In this document: positions 36,960 to 48,185 of the stretch, piece by piece | Position numbering within the stretch: position 1 is the stretch's first letter | How the letters are laid out: each line of letters starts with the position of its first letter | NCBI RefSeq assembly: GCF_000143415.4 | Contig: NW_003314267.1 | Location: forward strand, 1,185,309-1,249,308 | DNA from: Selaginella moellendorffii | Lineage: Eukaryota; Plantae; Lycopodiophyta | Length of the DNA: 64,000 nucleotides | Direction of reading: 5' to 3' | Notes under the pieces: generated by a model | Databases searched by the model: none | What the model was told of the DNA's origin: nothing | Seen by the model: the letters and a program-made list of their open reading frames with translations, nothing else | Position numbers and translations under genes: made by a program

Positions 36960-39795
36960 CTAGGCGAGTAGCGCCTGCTGGAGGATATCGTCTTCGACCG
37001 CCAGCCTCTCCAGCACCATTTTGGCTCGTCTCCTCGACACCTCCTTGATCTGCCAGTCGCCGAGCATGCCAACCAGCTCTCTCACGTTGCAACAATCCGG
37101 TCCCGCTACAACGACCCTTCCAAGCCTGCTCCTCGCAGCAATCTCTTGGAGCTTGTCCGCGGCCCAGACACTGTCCTCTTCCCGGCCCGCCATCGCCAGC
37201 ATCCTCATCAAAAGCTCCACGCAGTCGAGCGAAGATCCGTCGCCACCGTCGCTACTCTGTTCCTTCTTCGTCTTCTCGAGAATCTCCAGAGCTTTCGCAA
37301 AGTGAGCCACGGCCTTGTCTGGATCGCTGGCCTCCACGCCTCTTCCCGACTGGTAGCACCTCCCGAGCTCTACGTGAGCGCTCGCGCATCCTTCTCGAGC
37401 GGCCTGCTTGTAGAGCCCAAGCGCTCGCTTCTCGTCTCTGGCTATCCCGAGGCCGCTCTCCAGGCACATTGCGAGCTTCCACCTCGCTGATCCTCCTCCC
37501 GCGCAAGACGAGGCCTTGTAGTACCAGAAGACCGCCTGCTCAAACTCGTGGCCGGGACCGATCCAGTTCGCCATCAAGTCCCCTGCGATCTCTGCGGCCG
37601 CGCCGAATCCATCTTCGTGTTCTAGTTGCTCCACGGAGCTCGCCAGCCAGAGCACGAAGCTGTCCATTGGAAACGGCCAGAAACCCGGTCCTTTCTCCTT
37701 CTCAAGCATCGATATGAAGAGTCCTTCGCCAGCTTCTCGTTGTCGCTGCTGTTTCTCGTTGTGCATGAGAATGACGTCGACGAGGAACTTCACTCCAAGG
37801 TGGCTGGCGAGCTGGCTAAAGTCGGACATCGTAAGAGGAAGGATATCTTGGTGCTGCCATGACTGCCTTCTCGCGATGATCGCCTTAAGGCTCCTCAGCG
37901 CCAGGCAAACCTGTGTGAAGGACAGCCTCTGCTCTGGTTCGTGGCTCCAGCATCTACGAGCAAGCACCGCCAGGAACGCCGGAGAATGCCCAAGGATGTC
38001 GGGCCTGCCTCTCTCGACGCTCACCAGTTGAAAGAGCTGCGACTCGGTCGTGAGTTGATCGTAATCGGAGAATGGCCTGCGGCTCGAAAGTATCTGGAAG
38101 CAGAGCATACCGAAGCTGTAGACGTCGGACTTCTTCGTGAACGTAGCCTCGCCGGAGGAACTGGCTTCCTGCTGCTCAAAGACTTCCGGAGCTTGCCAGA
38201 ACGGTGGCACATCATGCCGCTGCTGCTGACTCTCGAAGGTTTCCTGGTCGTCGTCGTCAGAAGCTACGCTCTGCAACCACGAGGATCCTGCCAGCCTCGT
38301 CTTTGGCAATCCATAGTCGGTGATTTTCACTTGGATGAACTCGTCCAGCTCGTGTTTGCTGCTCGAAGATCTTCTCCGCCGCCTCGAGTCGGTCGTGCTG
38401 GGAACGAGTAACACGTTGAAAGCGTTGAGACACCGGTGGAGAACCCCTCTCCTGTGTAGAAAAGCCATTCCTTCCGCTACTTGGAGCATGATCTCGACGG
38501 CTACTGGGAGTGGAACAGGACCTTGGCCGAGATTTAAAACGCTGTCCAGATCTTTCCTCAGCAGCTCTGTCCATAACCGGCATTCTCCAAATTCCTCGTC
38601 GTCGTTTGTTATGCTCGCAAAGAGAAGCTGAGCCAGGCGAGGATGGCGGAGACTCGCGAGCACCGACACTTCGTTCCAGAAGGACTCTCGGCTGAGAAAA
38701 GCCGTTACTTTCAGCGCGGCAGGAAATCCAAGAAACTCGGACTTGTAAACGATGCCAAAGAAACCTGTACCGAGTAGCAAATTCTCCGTTCTTCTGCTGG
38801 TGATATTATCCAATGCCCAGGATTCTCTCTGGTGAATCCTCTCGATGTAGGACTCAAACCCGTCGTCTTCGGTATCCAGCTTGGCTATGAGATAGCTGGT
38901 AATCTCCGCCACCCGATTCTCCTTCCTGCTCTTCGAACTAAAAACAGCCAGGCCCCTGAAAAAGAAGCCGTCGTGCTTTTGCTTCATCTTCCGGAGCTTG
39001 TCTAGCAGATTTCTGCGGTCCAGCCGCATTGCCAGGATCAATCCACGGTCTGCTTCCGCATTGAGTGTTTCCTCTGCTATCTCGAAAGTTCTTTCTATCA
39101 TCCAGTATGGGATGTGGTGCTGATAGCTGCCGGTACCTAGCCTCTTTTTCTGGTGCTTGAAGGAATCGTCTCTCCCTGCTCTGAACTGCGCGAGGACAAC
39201 TTCCATCACTGACACACACCATTGCTGGTGCTGGTACTGCTGCGCAACGAAGATCCCATCGTCCGCCGCATAGACGATTGCTTTCATCAGCCACGAGTCC
39301 TCAGCGTCCTCCTGCCCGGACGACACCCAGTAGGACACTAGAACCTCAGCGTCGCGAGTGACTTTGGCTATTTCCACGGCCGCTGTTCTGCATTGCTCGC
39401 ATGAAGTCGAGTCCAAGCTCGCCATCTCGTCAACCAAGTTCCTCAGATTGTCATGGAAGCTCTTCAAGAAAGGACAAGAGAGGAAAAGTTAGCCAGGAGG
39501 CAAAACAGTATCAACTCAACAGTACCTGCAGGTCGAGGAATCTGCACTGTGCGTGATTGAACCTCAAACTCGCGGTGCTCGCGCCAACGATCGAAGAGCT
39601 CCCAGCGGTGCTGCTGTTACACAGCCTGATGAGCCTTTCCAGTACCTGAATTGCTTGCTCCACGATTCTGATAGAGCTACTCTCGCTGGACGTGGCAGAA
39701 TCATACAAGGAGGAGCCCGAATACGAAGAAGGCATGGCCTTGATCATCAGCTTCCGCCTTGCTATTTGCATCAGAACTTTGGCTGGCAGATCCAT
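36960..39795 (-). CDS. N-terminal helical (MLKL/HeLo-like) domain + TKL-type pseudokinase + SEL1 repeats; exons ~39795-39526, 39461-36960
   Basis: LGTGFFGIVY, AALK, HRCLNAFN (HRD lost), DYG, WQAPE, KSDVYSFG. C-terminal AVFWYYKA..KLAMCLESGLGIARDEKRALGLYKQAA..ELGRCYQSGRGV. The start codon is uncertain. Confidence 0.85.
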
Positions 39796-40212
39796 TCTCT
39801 CTCCGCAACTGAAAAGCTGGAGTGCAGAAAAAGCCACAGCTCACGCCTGAGCAGTCCGCAACAGCAACATTCCTCTTGGCTTTTCAGTGGTCCTGGCAGT
39901 GAGGCACCCGATTTTCCAAGCCCGTGTTGGAACGCTTTATACCTCCAGATTTGAATATTTGTGTTTGGTGAGCCGAGCGTCCTCGTCGCAGCCAGGTACG
40001 CTCATGCTTGCTTCAGATCCGGACTTGGCAGTAGCCTTGCGTGGAGTTCACATCGAGATGAATAGTGGAGTCCACCACCTCGACATTAACGCCGAGGCCT
40101 TCTGGGTGACAGGGACCTTATCTTGAGCCGAAAGAAGACCCTGTTCCCGTCCGCAAGAAGTTTCTAAACCCAACCGCGAGCTCACTTGGTAACGGACATC
40201 TCCCTCTCCGGA

Positions 40213-42015
40213 TCATGGTCGATGGAGCTTTGTAGAATTAGCGACGTACACACTCGAGAGTGCAACGTACGCAGCAGCCGAGTTTCGCGAGTTGAGTTGC
40301 ACCGCTTGTTTCGCGGCACGCTCCGCTCTCGAGACGTCGCCGTGCATCTTGCAAGCCCCCAGCAGAGACATCCATTTGAAGTCGTCCACCACCGACGCGG
40401 GCATTTTCTTGATGAACTCCTCGGCCTCGAGCAGCCACCCCGCCCGTCCCAGCAGGTCCGCAAGGCAGCCGTAGTGCTCCTTCTCGGGAACTATCCAGTG
40501 GTCCCTCATGAGGCCGAAGTAGTAGCAGCCTTGCTCGACACGGCCAGTATGGGTGCAACCGTCGAGCATTCCCATGAAAGTTCTACCGTCAGCTCCAATG
40601 CCTTCCAGCAGCATCATCTGAAAGAGCTCGAGAGTGCTGGCAGGGTCGCTGTGTACTGCGAAGGCTGCTATCAAAGTGTTCCAAGTCACGAGCATTGCCG
40701 ACGAATCCCAAGCCACGGAAGAAGAGATTGCGAGGAAGATCTCCCAGGCCTGTTTCAGCTTCCCAGACTTCCCATACATGCTCAGCAACGCATTCGCCAC
40801 CAAGGTGTCTGAGATAGCTCCCAAAACCACCACCCGCTTGTGAAGAGCTCGACCAACTTCCAGGAACGATGAGTCGGCAGCACAAGCGTTGAGAAGAGCC
40901 ACAAGAGTGACTTTCCTCACGGGATTTCCTTCATGCTCCATCTTCCTGAAGAGCATCACGCTGGAAGCCGAGTCACCATTGTCTGCACAGGCACCGATCA
41001 TCGCTGTCCAGCAAGCGGAGTCCCTGTTCTGGATTCCAGCAAAGACTTCTCGAGCGCCATCCAAGTTCCCACATTTTCCATACATGCTGACGATGGTGGT
41101 GGCGACTGCGGTGTCGTGGCTCAATCCCTTTTCGGTCGACTGGGAGTGGATCGACCTGCCGTGAACGAGAAACTGGGGAGATTGACAGGCCTGGAAGACA
41201 CCCAGGAACGTAACTTTGCTCGGCCTGTGCTGTCCATCGAGGAGCATTCTCCAGTAAACTCCAAGTGCCTCTTTGTGATGCCCATTTTGGGCATATGCTG
41301 CGATCATAGTGTTCCAAGTGACAGTGTTCTTCTCGGGCATGACCAGGAAGACGCTTGAGGCGCTACTCAAGGAACCGACCCTTCCATACATCGCCACTAG
41401 CGCGGTGCCCACTACGACGTCGATTTCCTCCAGCTCGATCCCTGTTCTTGATCTTGAGTCGTCGTAGAGGGAGTGGATCCATATCCCAAGGCGGAGATCG
41501 TTGCAGTTGGACAGAGCAGCCAGGAATGTCACGGCATTCGGCGCTACTCCCTGGAGCTGCATCGATCGAAAGAGATGGATCGCTCCTTCGCTACTGCCGG
41601 GCGATATTTCCCTGGATTCCGAGCGCGCGGAGATGAGAGCGGTCCAGGCAACCACGCCGGGCGCCGCGATTGCATCGAACACAACGCGCGCGCTGCGAAT
41701 ATCACCGCATTTGCCATACATGTTAAGGATCGCCGTCGCGAGCTGTGAATCGCGGCAATACCCGGATTCCTGCGCACACCTGTGGATTACCCGGCCCTGC
41801 TCCAAATCCCGGGCTGCCGCGGCCGCATTCCCGAGCGCCACGAACATCCGGCGGTCGGGAGCGATCCCTTCGAGCTGCATCTGGCGGAAGAGCGCCATCG
41901 CCTCCCTCGATCGGCCACGATCCACAAGCATTCCAAGAATCCGCGTCCATGTCGCCGACGGAGGAGGAGAAGCGAGCGACGTAGAACAAGAAAAATCCCC
42001 GCTAGGGTTTTGCAT
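40213..42015 (-). CDS. PLS-class PPR protein with E domain, no DYW (organellar RNA-editing factor type)
   Basis: Repeated TAILNMYGKCG / VTWNTMIAAYAQNG motifs; HYGCLADLLGRAG..WMSLLGACKMHGD..AAYVALSSVY; intronless. Confidence 0.93.
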   Translation of the reverse strand: MQNPSGDFSCSTSLASPPPSATWTRILGMLVDRGRSREAMALFRQMQLEGIAPDRRMFVALGNAAAAARDLEQGRVIHRCAQESGYCRDSQLATAILNMYGKCGDIRSARVVFDAIAAPGVVAWTALISARSESREISPGSSEGAIHLFRSMQLQGVAPNAVTFLAALSNCNDLRLGIWIHSLYDDSRSRTGIELEEIDVVVGTALVAMYGRVGSLSSASSVFLVMPEKNTVTWNTMIAAYAQNGHHKEALGVYWRMLLDGQHRPSKVTFLGVFQACQSPQFLVHGRSIHSQSTEKGLSHDTAVATTIVSMYGKCGNLDGAREVFAGIQNRDSACWTAMIGACADNGDSASSVMLFRKMEHEGNPVRKVTLVALLNACAADSSFLEVGRALHKRVVVLGAISDTLVANALLSMYGKSGKLKQAWEIFLAISSSVAWDSSAMLVTWNTLIAAFAVHSDPASTLELFQMMLLEGIGADGRTFMGMLDGCTHTGRVEQGCYYFGLMRDHWIVPEKEHYGCLADLLGRAGWLLEAEEFIKKMPASVVDDFKWMSLLGACKMHGDVSRAERAAKQAVQLNSRNSAAAYVALSSVYVANSTKLHRP

Positions 42016-42476
42016 GGGAGAGAGACGAGCGAATCTTAGAGAATATCCTCTGAAGAAACTGGCGTCACGTGTCGCTCTCAATGCCGTTGGATTGGATGAG
42101 GAATATTCCACCACAATTCCACGCGGATGGTCTTAATGCCGGCGACCCTGTGCCATACAGAGTGAAGAGAGAGAGAGAAGGGAGAGGAGAGGGCATTAGG
42201 GCTTTTGGGCACAGATTTCTAGAGAAGGCGAGGGCGGCAGCGCTGGAAGGGAGCTAGAGATCGGCCGCTTGCCGACGCTCTTGCGAGCAACAGAATGCCT
42301 GGCGATTCGGTTTGTGAAAATCTCTCCTCTCCTCTCCCAGATTTTAGGTCCATTTCGCTGGCGGCCACTTGAAGTGTGATTTGATTCGTGCGTGTGCTTG
42401 CGTTGCTGCTGTGTGCTGAATTTCTGTGGTTTCTAATTCCTTTCCTCTTCGACTTTTTTGGCGGCAGCCCGTTTGT

Positions 42477-43682
42477 ATGGCGCTGGAAATGCCCGACGAG
42501 ATGAGCAGCTGCAGCTGCTCCAATTCCGACCACGAGAATTTGCGGCCGAGCAGGGGTGTGCGATTGTTTGGAGTGGACCTTTTGAGCAGCGAGGGCATGA
42601 GGAAGAGCGTCAGCTTGAGCAACCTCTCTCACTATGCGACCGCCTCCTCCAACAACATTGGCATGCAAGAGCATCTGGATACCACCGATGGCTACGTCTC
42701 AGATGGCCTCGTCCAGACGAATTCCAATGCTCGCGCAAGAAGGAAAGGTGCGTGGTTGGAAGAAAACTTCGATCTTTCTTTGTTCTAGGCTGACTTCCTG
42801 GCCAATTTGTTTGTTTGTTTTTTTTTTTTTTTCCTACAGGAGTTCCATGGACAGAAGACGAGCACAGGTTGTTTTTACTAGGCTTACAGAAGCTAGGAAA
42901 GGGTGACTGGAGGGGCATTTCGAAGACCTTCGTCACGACTAGGACCCCGACGCAGGTTGCCTCGCATGCACAGAAGTATTTCATTAGACAGAGCAACTTA
43001 AGCAAGAGAAAGAGGCGCTCGAGCTTGTTTGATATCTCCCCTGGACAAGTAAGTTCTTTCAAATACGCTCTTTGGTTTCTTACTCTTACTTCCTTCTCTT
43101 CAGGATTTGAGCTTGCCAGACTCGGCGCTCGCTAAAAACGTGAGCTTGCAAACGTCCTTTCTGGAGCTGGGACTGGGACACGACCGCGTTGCGATCCCAG
43201 TGGCGCCGCCGCTGGAGAAGATAATGGAAGAGAAGGTGTTCTTCCCATCACAGGAGGGCGGTAACCCGAGCAACGGCGCTAACTTCGAGGAGGACAAGGA
43301 TGATCCAGTGGCAACGAATGAAGAGCCAGTGCCAGGCACCGGCACTGGCGCTGTTGCTGCCACTCGAGGCATCGCCATCGATGCGCCAGCTCCAGCGCTT
43401 TGGCTAGATTTAAGGTCGCAGGCAAGTGCTATGTCCTCGGAGCAGCAGCAAAACGAGGCCCTCGGCCCGCTCAAGTCCAACGTTGTGAAGCCAGTGGCAT
43501 CAATCTCGACGGGGCCAGTGAGAATTATGGAGGACAGAGAACTCGCAGCGACGGGAGGGCCATCGATCCTGTCGCTCAAGCTGGAGCAGCCCGTAAGGCA
43601 CTCGGCGTTTCACGTGAGCTCGGCATTCGCGAGCGCTGGAGCAGCGGCGGCAGGACTGGAAGCTCCAATCCAGTGTACGTGA
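42477..43682 (+). CDS. SHAQKYF-class MYB-related transcription factor (MYBS3/KUA1-like); exons 42477-42747, 42840-43048, 43104-43682
   Basis: [71 protein letters not shown]. Confidence 0.92.
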
Positions 43683-43690
43683 TGGATGTG

Positions 43691-43693
<3 letters not shown>

Positions 43694-43741
<48 letters not shown>

Positions 43742-43761
43742 TCTTTCTCTCTCTCTTTCTC
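43694..43761 (+). repeat. (CT)n microsatellite in MYB 3' region
   Basis: More than 20 perfect CT units, then degenerate. Confidence 0.95.
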
Positions 43762-43972
43762 TTGAAGTAATCAAGGGAGAGATCATGAACTGACGAAGGA
43801 CAGCTAGTAGACCTCTTTTTACTTTTTTCTTTTTTTTCTTCTTTAAGCAACAATAAGAGCCAACTTGAAAACTGTATTTATTCTAATTCAAATTTAAATA
43901 AATTTCTCTCAGGGAAATAGCATAAGATTCTAAACAATGGTCATAACCGCAATAATGCTAATAACTTAATGT

Positions 43973-45300
43973 TTAGCAAATGTCTTGGAACAAATCCACG
44001 TTCTCGTTTGATTGCTGCTTTCTCGACGTCCGGTAATGTTGGAACCCTAACTGGCTAAAGTTTTCCGAGGGTATTAGAAACAGCAGAACATCCAGAACTT
44101 TCTTCCCAAACTCCTCCTCCCGCGCTCTAAGAGCCTTGGCCAAATACTCAAGCGAAGGAGGGTCGTGTGTAATCTTCCCCAGCGTCTGTGGTGCTAACAC
44201 AAAGTCAAAATCTGCATTGTTTTTGCGCAGAGGCCTCCACAGATACCGATCAGCGTTCCCACCCTGTCAAGTAAACAAAGAAATCGGTTTATGAATGTAC
44301 ACATTTAAGTTCTTCTAAAGCTAACCAGTTGAACGTAAGGATTTCTCCTGGTACGAGCTCCCGCAGCTCGGCCGTGTCCATCTCGGATTCCTCGAAGCAC
44401 TGGGGCTGGGCGACACTGCCTGGGCAATCACGTAACATGAAACCCCATAGCACGGAGTACGAGTCTGAAAACTCGTGGCTAGCCCGACGAAACTTTCTGA
44501 CCTTGTTGATGGTGAACATACAAGACCGCCACATTCTCCAAGCAGAATGTGAAGTGGAACTTTGAGAACCAAGTACATCTCTGGAAACTTGAATGCTTTG
44601 GCAATATGGCATCTACATCTATATGCTGCAACTTCGTATTCCCAAGAGCAATGGCCACGTCCTGGCCAATGTTTTCTTCTGTCAGCTGCTTCACTTTCCC
44701 AGTCCCAGACCGAGGAATGCCTCCAAACCAATCGTAGACCATGTTTGCAGCGCTGACCCTTCTGAATATCGCTGATTTGTGTTCTTCCGGAAGTCTCTCG
44801 GCCCGCTGCTTCCAGGATAGCACAAGTGCGTCATACTCGTCCCTGTCCCATGGAGCCATGTAGCGAACATAAGTCTGGCGGTGTTTCATAGCTTCTTTCG
44901 TGTTATTCACGTCGGGAGATGCGGCAAGGAGAGCCCGCTGTCCGATGACTCGCCCGTAGTTGTACTTCTCGTTGATAAGATGGAAGCTTACACGTCAGCA
45001 ACGATGGCGTTGAATGGATACTGCTTTATGTCGATGATGCGGACGCATGACTCCCAAATCAGCCACCCCGACTCGAGTATTAAAACCGAGTTGGGCTCAT
45101 CGATTCCCATCCTTAGGATGAAGTACCAGAGGAAAGCAAACTTTCCCAACCCCCGAGTTGCCATTCAAGAGACGTAGAACGCCTGAGCGGAGTATGGTTA
45201 CGACCTCCTGAAATAATCAAAGCACTTCCTCAACCTTCTCGATAGCCGCGTCCATGAAACCCGACCGACACTAAGTTTGATGTAATACTAACCAAAAACA
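43973..45300 (-). pseudogene. Crinkler/RHS (CR)-like NTPase + restriction-endonuclease-fold gene, frameshifted
   Basis: GNSGVGK followed after a shift by FAFLWYFILR; LLAASPD; MAPW; WFGGIPR; YLWRPLRKNNADFDFV; LLFLIP. Confidence 0.6.
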
Positions 45301-48185
45301 CCTTACACATTTGTAAGACACTCTTTCTTATTGCAAAAAGCGCACCGAGAGCGAGAGAAAATGAAGCTCTGAGAAATACAGGTGTGGACGTGTATACAGT
45401 AGAAGGTGAACAATAATGGAGCCTGTGACTTTTACACCAAAAGTTTTGTACGATTACATCCTCTCTTTTTTGCAACTTCAAATTGTAGATTAGAAGGATC
45501 AAGAGTATTACAGTTTCAAATTGTTGATTAGAGGGACCAAGAGTGGTGGTCTGATTCAATGCAATTCGTCGCTGTCAAAACACGTATTCTTACTCTCTAA
45601 TGCTGCTGTTAACAAAAGCTGCCTTGTAATCCAGACAAGAACGTTATGAACATCCAAGTAGAAGCATCCACCTGGAGGGAAGACGAGGCAAAATGCCCGT
45701 GCTGGACCACTCGAGAAACTCGGCCCATCCCTTTCTTCCTGGAAACACATTTGTTTGCTGTGCTCGTTTGGCACAGGCATTGTTCCAGTCCAATTGTACG
45801 CCACCCCACGCACTCTCGTGACCTAGAAACATGGCAGTCGCAGAGCCCTCCTCTTGTGGATGGATGGATCCCCTTATCCTTTATTTTGTTCTTTCCATCT
45901 TTCTTCTCTCGTTTTTCTATTTTTTTGTCTCAAAGGGTAAGATTCTCCAAGGCCGCGCGCAGGAGGAATGTACAGCGACTTAATCTTGTAGTAAATCCAG
46001 CGCAGGATTCACAAGGAATGAATCAAGTGGCGACAATTGCAAACATACCTCACACACACACACACAGAGAGACTGAGAGAGAGCTTTTTGGGGGGAATAA
46101 ACAAAACCAGCTTCTTTGAGGCTTACAACTCTCGAGGCATCAGCCCACGACGTTGTTGGTTTTTATAAATTTTACTCCCCCAGAGAAGAAGCAAAGATTA
46201 AAACCCGAGCTCGTTTGTTTGCGATTTGGAATGCGAACGTACAACAAGACAAGTGCAAGCTTCTTAAGACAAGGACGTGGACAAAAACAACGAATCCTAA
46301 AGTTGGTATTTTAGAATAGGAGATTTCCCGCAGCCAAGAAACGTATACTATTCTAAATCTTGCGCTTTTGTCCGTGTACTCTTGCAAGGGGCATCTTTTC
46401 CCAAAGCTCACGGGGTGCCATGCAAGTACGCATGGAATCTACAGGGAATAATCACAGCAAAACAACGAGCACAACAAGACACCTTGATTCCGCAGAACAT
46501 GCTACTAACCTCGCCGTCTTTGGCCTTTTATGCTGCAATTATCAAGACCTTTCACTCAACTTCTTCTACCATCTTTGTTTTCTATAGATTTTTCCTTCTG
46601 GACAAACAACACACTATAGACTTTTCTCATGTGACTTTGTCGTGGCTGGAGCCATGGATGATCGGATTGGATCTTTTGGATCCTTGGATCGTTTGCATCG
46701 GAGAAGATATTATAGGATTTTACAAAGTTTTGTGCCGCGCAAAAGCTCTCTCTTTCGAGGACGAATCTTGTCAGTTCCTCCTGGGGAGTCCACAGTTTTT
46801 TTGCTTCTCTCTTTCATCTTCTTCAAGTGAGAGCAGCAGGCAAGGTTCTCGAGCCGAAAGGACTGAAAATTCTCTTCCTCTCGCTCGATCGATTTTTTAA
46901 TGCTTTCTCATCTTCTTCTTCTCCTTCTTTTGTCTTTGCTCAATCCCTCACGCCGGTTCGGGTACAAGGAAATTCACACCCTCTCTCGTGCATCGATAGT
47001 TCAATGCATGAACCCTCTTTCCACTTTCTTTCCATGCACGCAAGTTTAACGCCACCCCCTGCGCGCGCGAGAGACTGACCGGACGTAAATTGTTTGATAA
47101 GATTCTCGCGAATAAAACTGGAGATGATAGAGAGATCGAACCTTTAAATGTGAGATTCCACGCCGGAGATAATTCACACGCCTGTAAGAACAGCGAGCGG
47201 CCTTTGATCAGTCGGCTTGAAAACAACTCGTCTCAGCTTCTAAGACAAAACCTTCTTTCGTCTGCCAGGAGGAAGGAGATCTGGCAACTCACTCCTGCGC
47301 GCCTGCGCTCCAGGATGATCACGACTCGTCGCCGCATTTATGAAAGTCATATGAAAGCGTTGCTCGCAAATCATCCCCCCTCCATCTCCGCTTTTCCCTG
47401 CAATCAATGGAATTAGTAAGCTCATCACGAGCAACACAGCCGAGTCCCGAAAAGCAGCATCATCACGGATGCTTCGCCACGCACATAATTCAACGACAAC
47501 ATTCCCCCATACCTCGAAAACTTTGGCTGCGTGGGAGATGCCGGCACATATTCCACCGCGCGGTGGCAGGAAATAAAAATGCCGGGGGGACCACGCCTGT
47601 CCTTCACAAGTCCGCGGACGGTCCGTGACGGGCGCCGCCGGACGCGTTTCCCTCGCACTGGCCACATGAGCCGCCGCAGCTCGCCGCACGCGTCTGGAAG
47701 AACGAACTAAGTTAGTGGAAGTTTTTTTTAAAGTCTAGCGTGTGTGTTGGGAGCACCTGTATAGAAGAGTTCTTCTTCTCCTTCTCCTTCTTAGGTACTC
47801 CTGTTCCTTCTTCTCCTTCTTCTTCATTCGTTTTCGTGCGTGAGTGTGGCCGCGGAGAAAAGCTTTGGACGATTGCTTCGCGTCTCGCAAATCTTGGCTC
47901 GCAGCATCTCCCTTCTTTGTACTGAAGCGTGCTGCGGGGATTCTTTCTGCGAGAGTTAGCTACCGCGCTCGAAGGCAAGACGAACCTGGCAGAGCTCTCG
48001 CATGTGTGGCAGAATCAGGCGTTTCTACGGACACCATTCTTCCGCTCGTAATGTGAATCTTTGCGCACTTCGCCATTCACTGCTGCCACTGCTGCAGGGA
48101 GTTAGCTAGTTAGAAACTTATATCAGTCTGAAAGGGGGAGAAGAAAAGAAAGTTCACTCACCCGTGGCGTTCTTTGTCCGAATTG

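Noticed and set aside
39887-40212. Possible degenerate E+/DYW extension of the PPR gene
   Set aside because: No PG-box, HSE or DYW motifs found in any frame.
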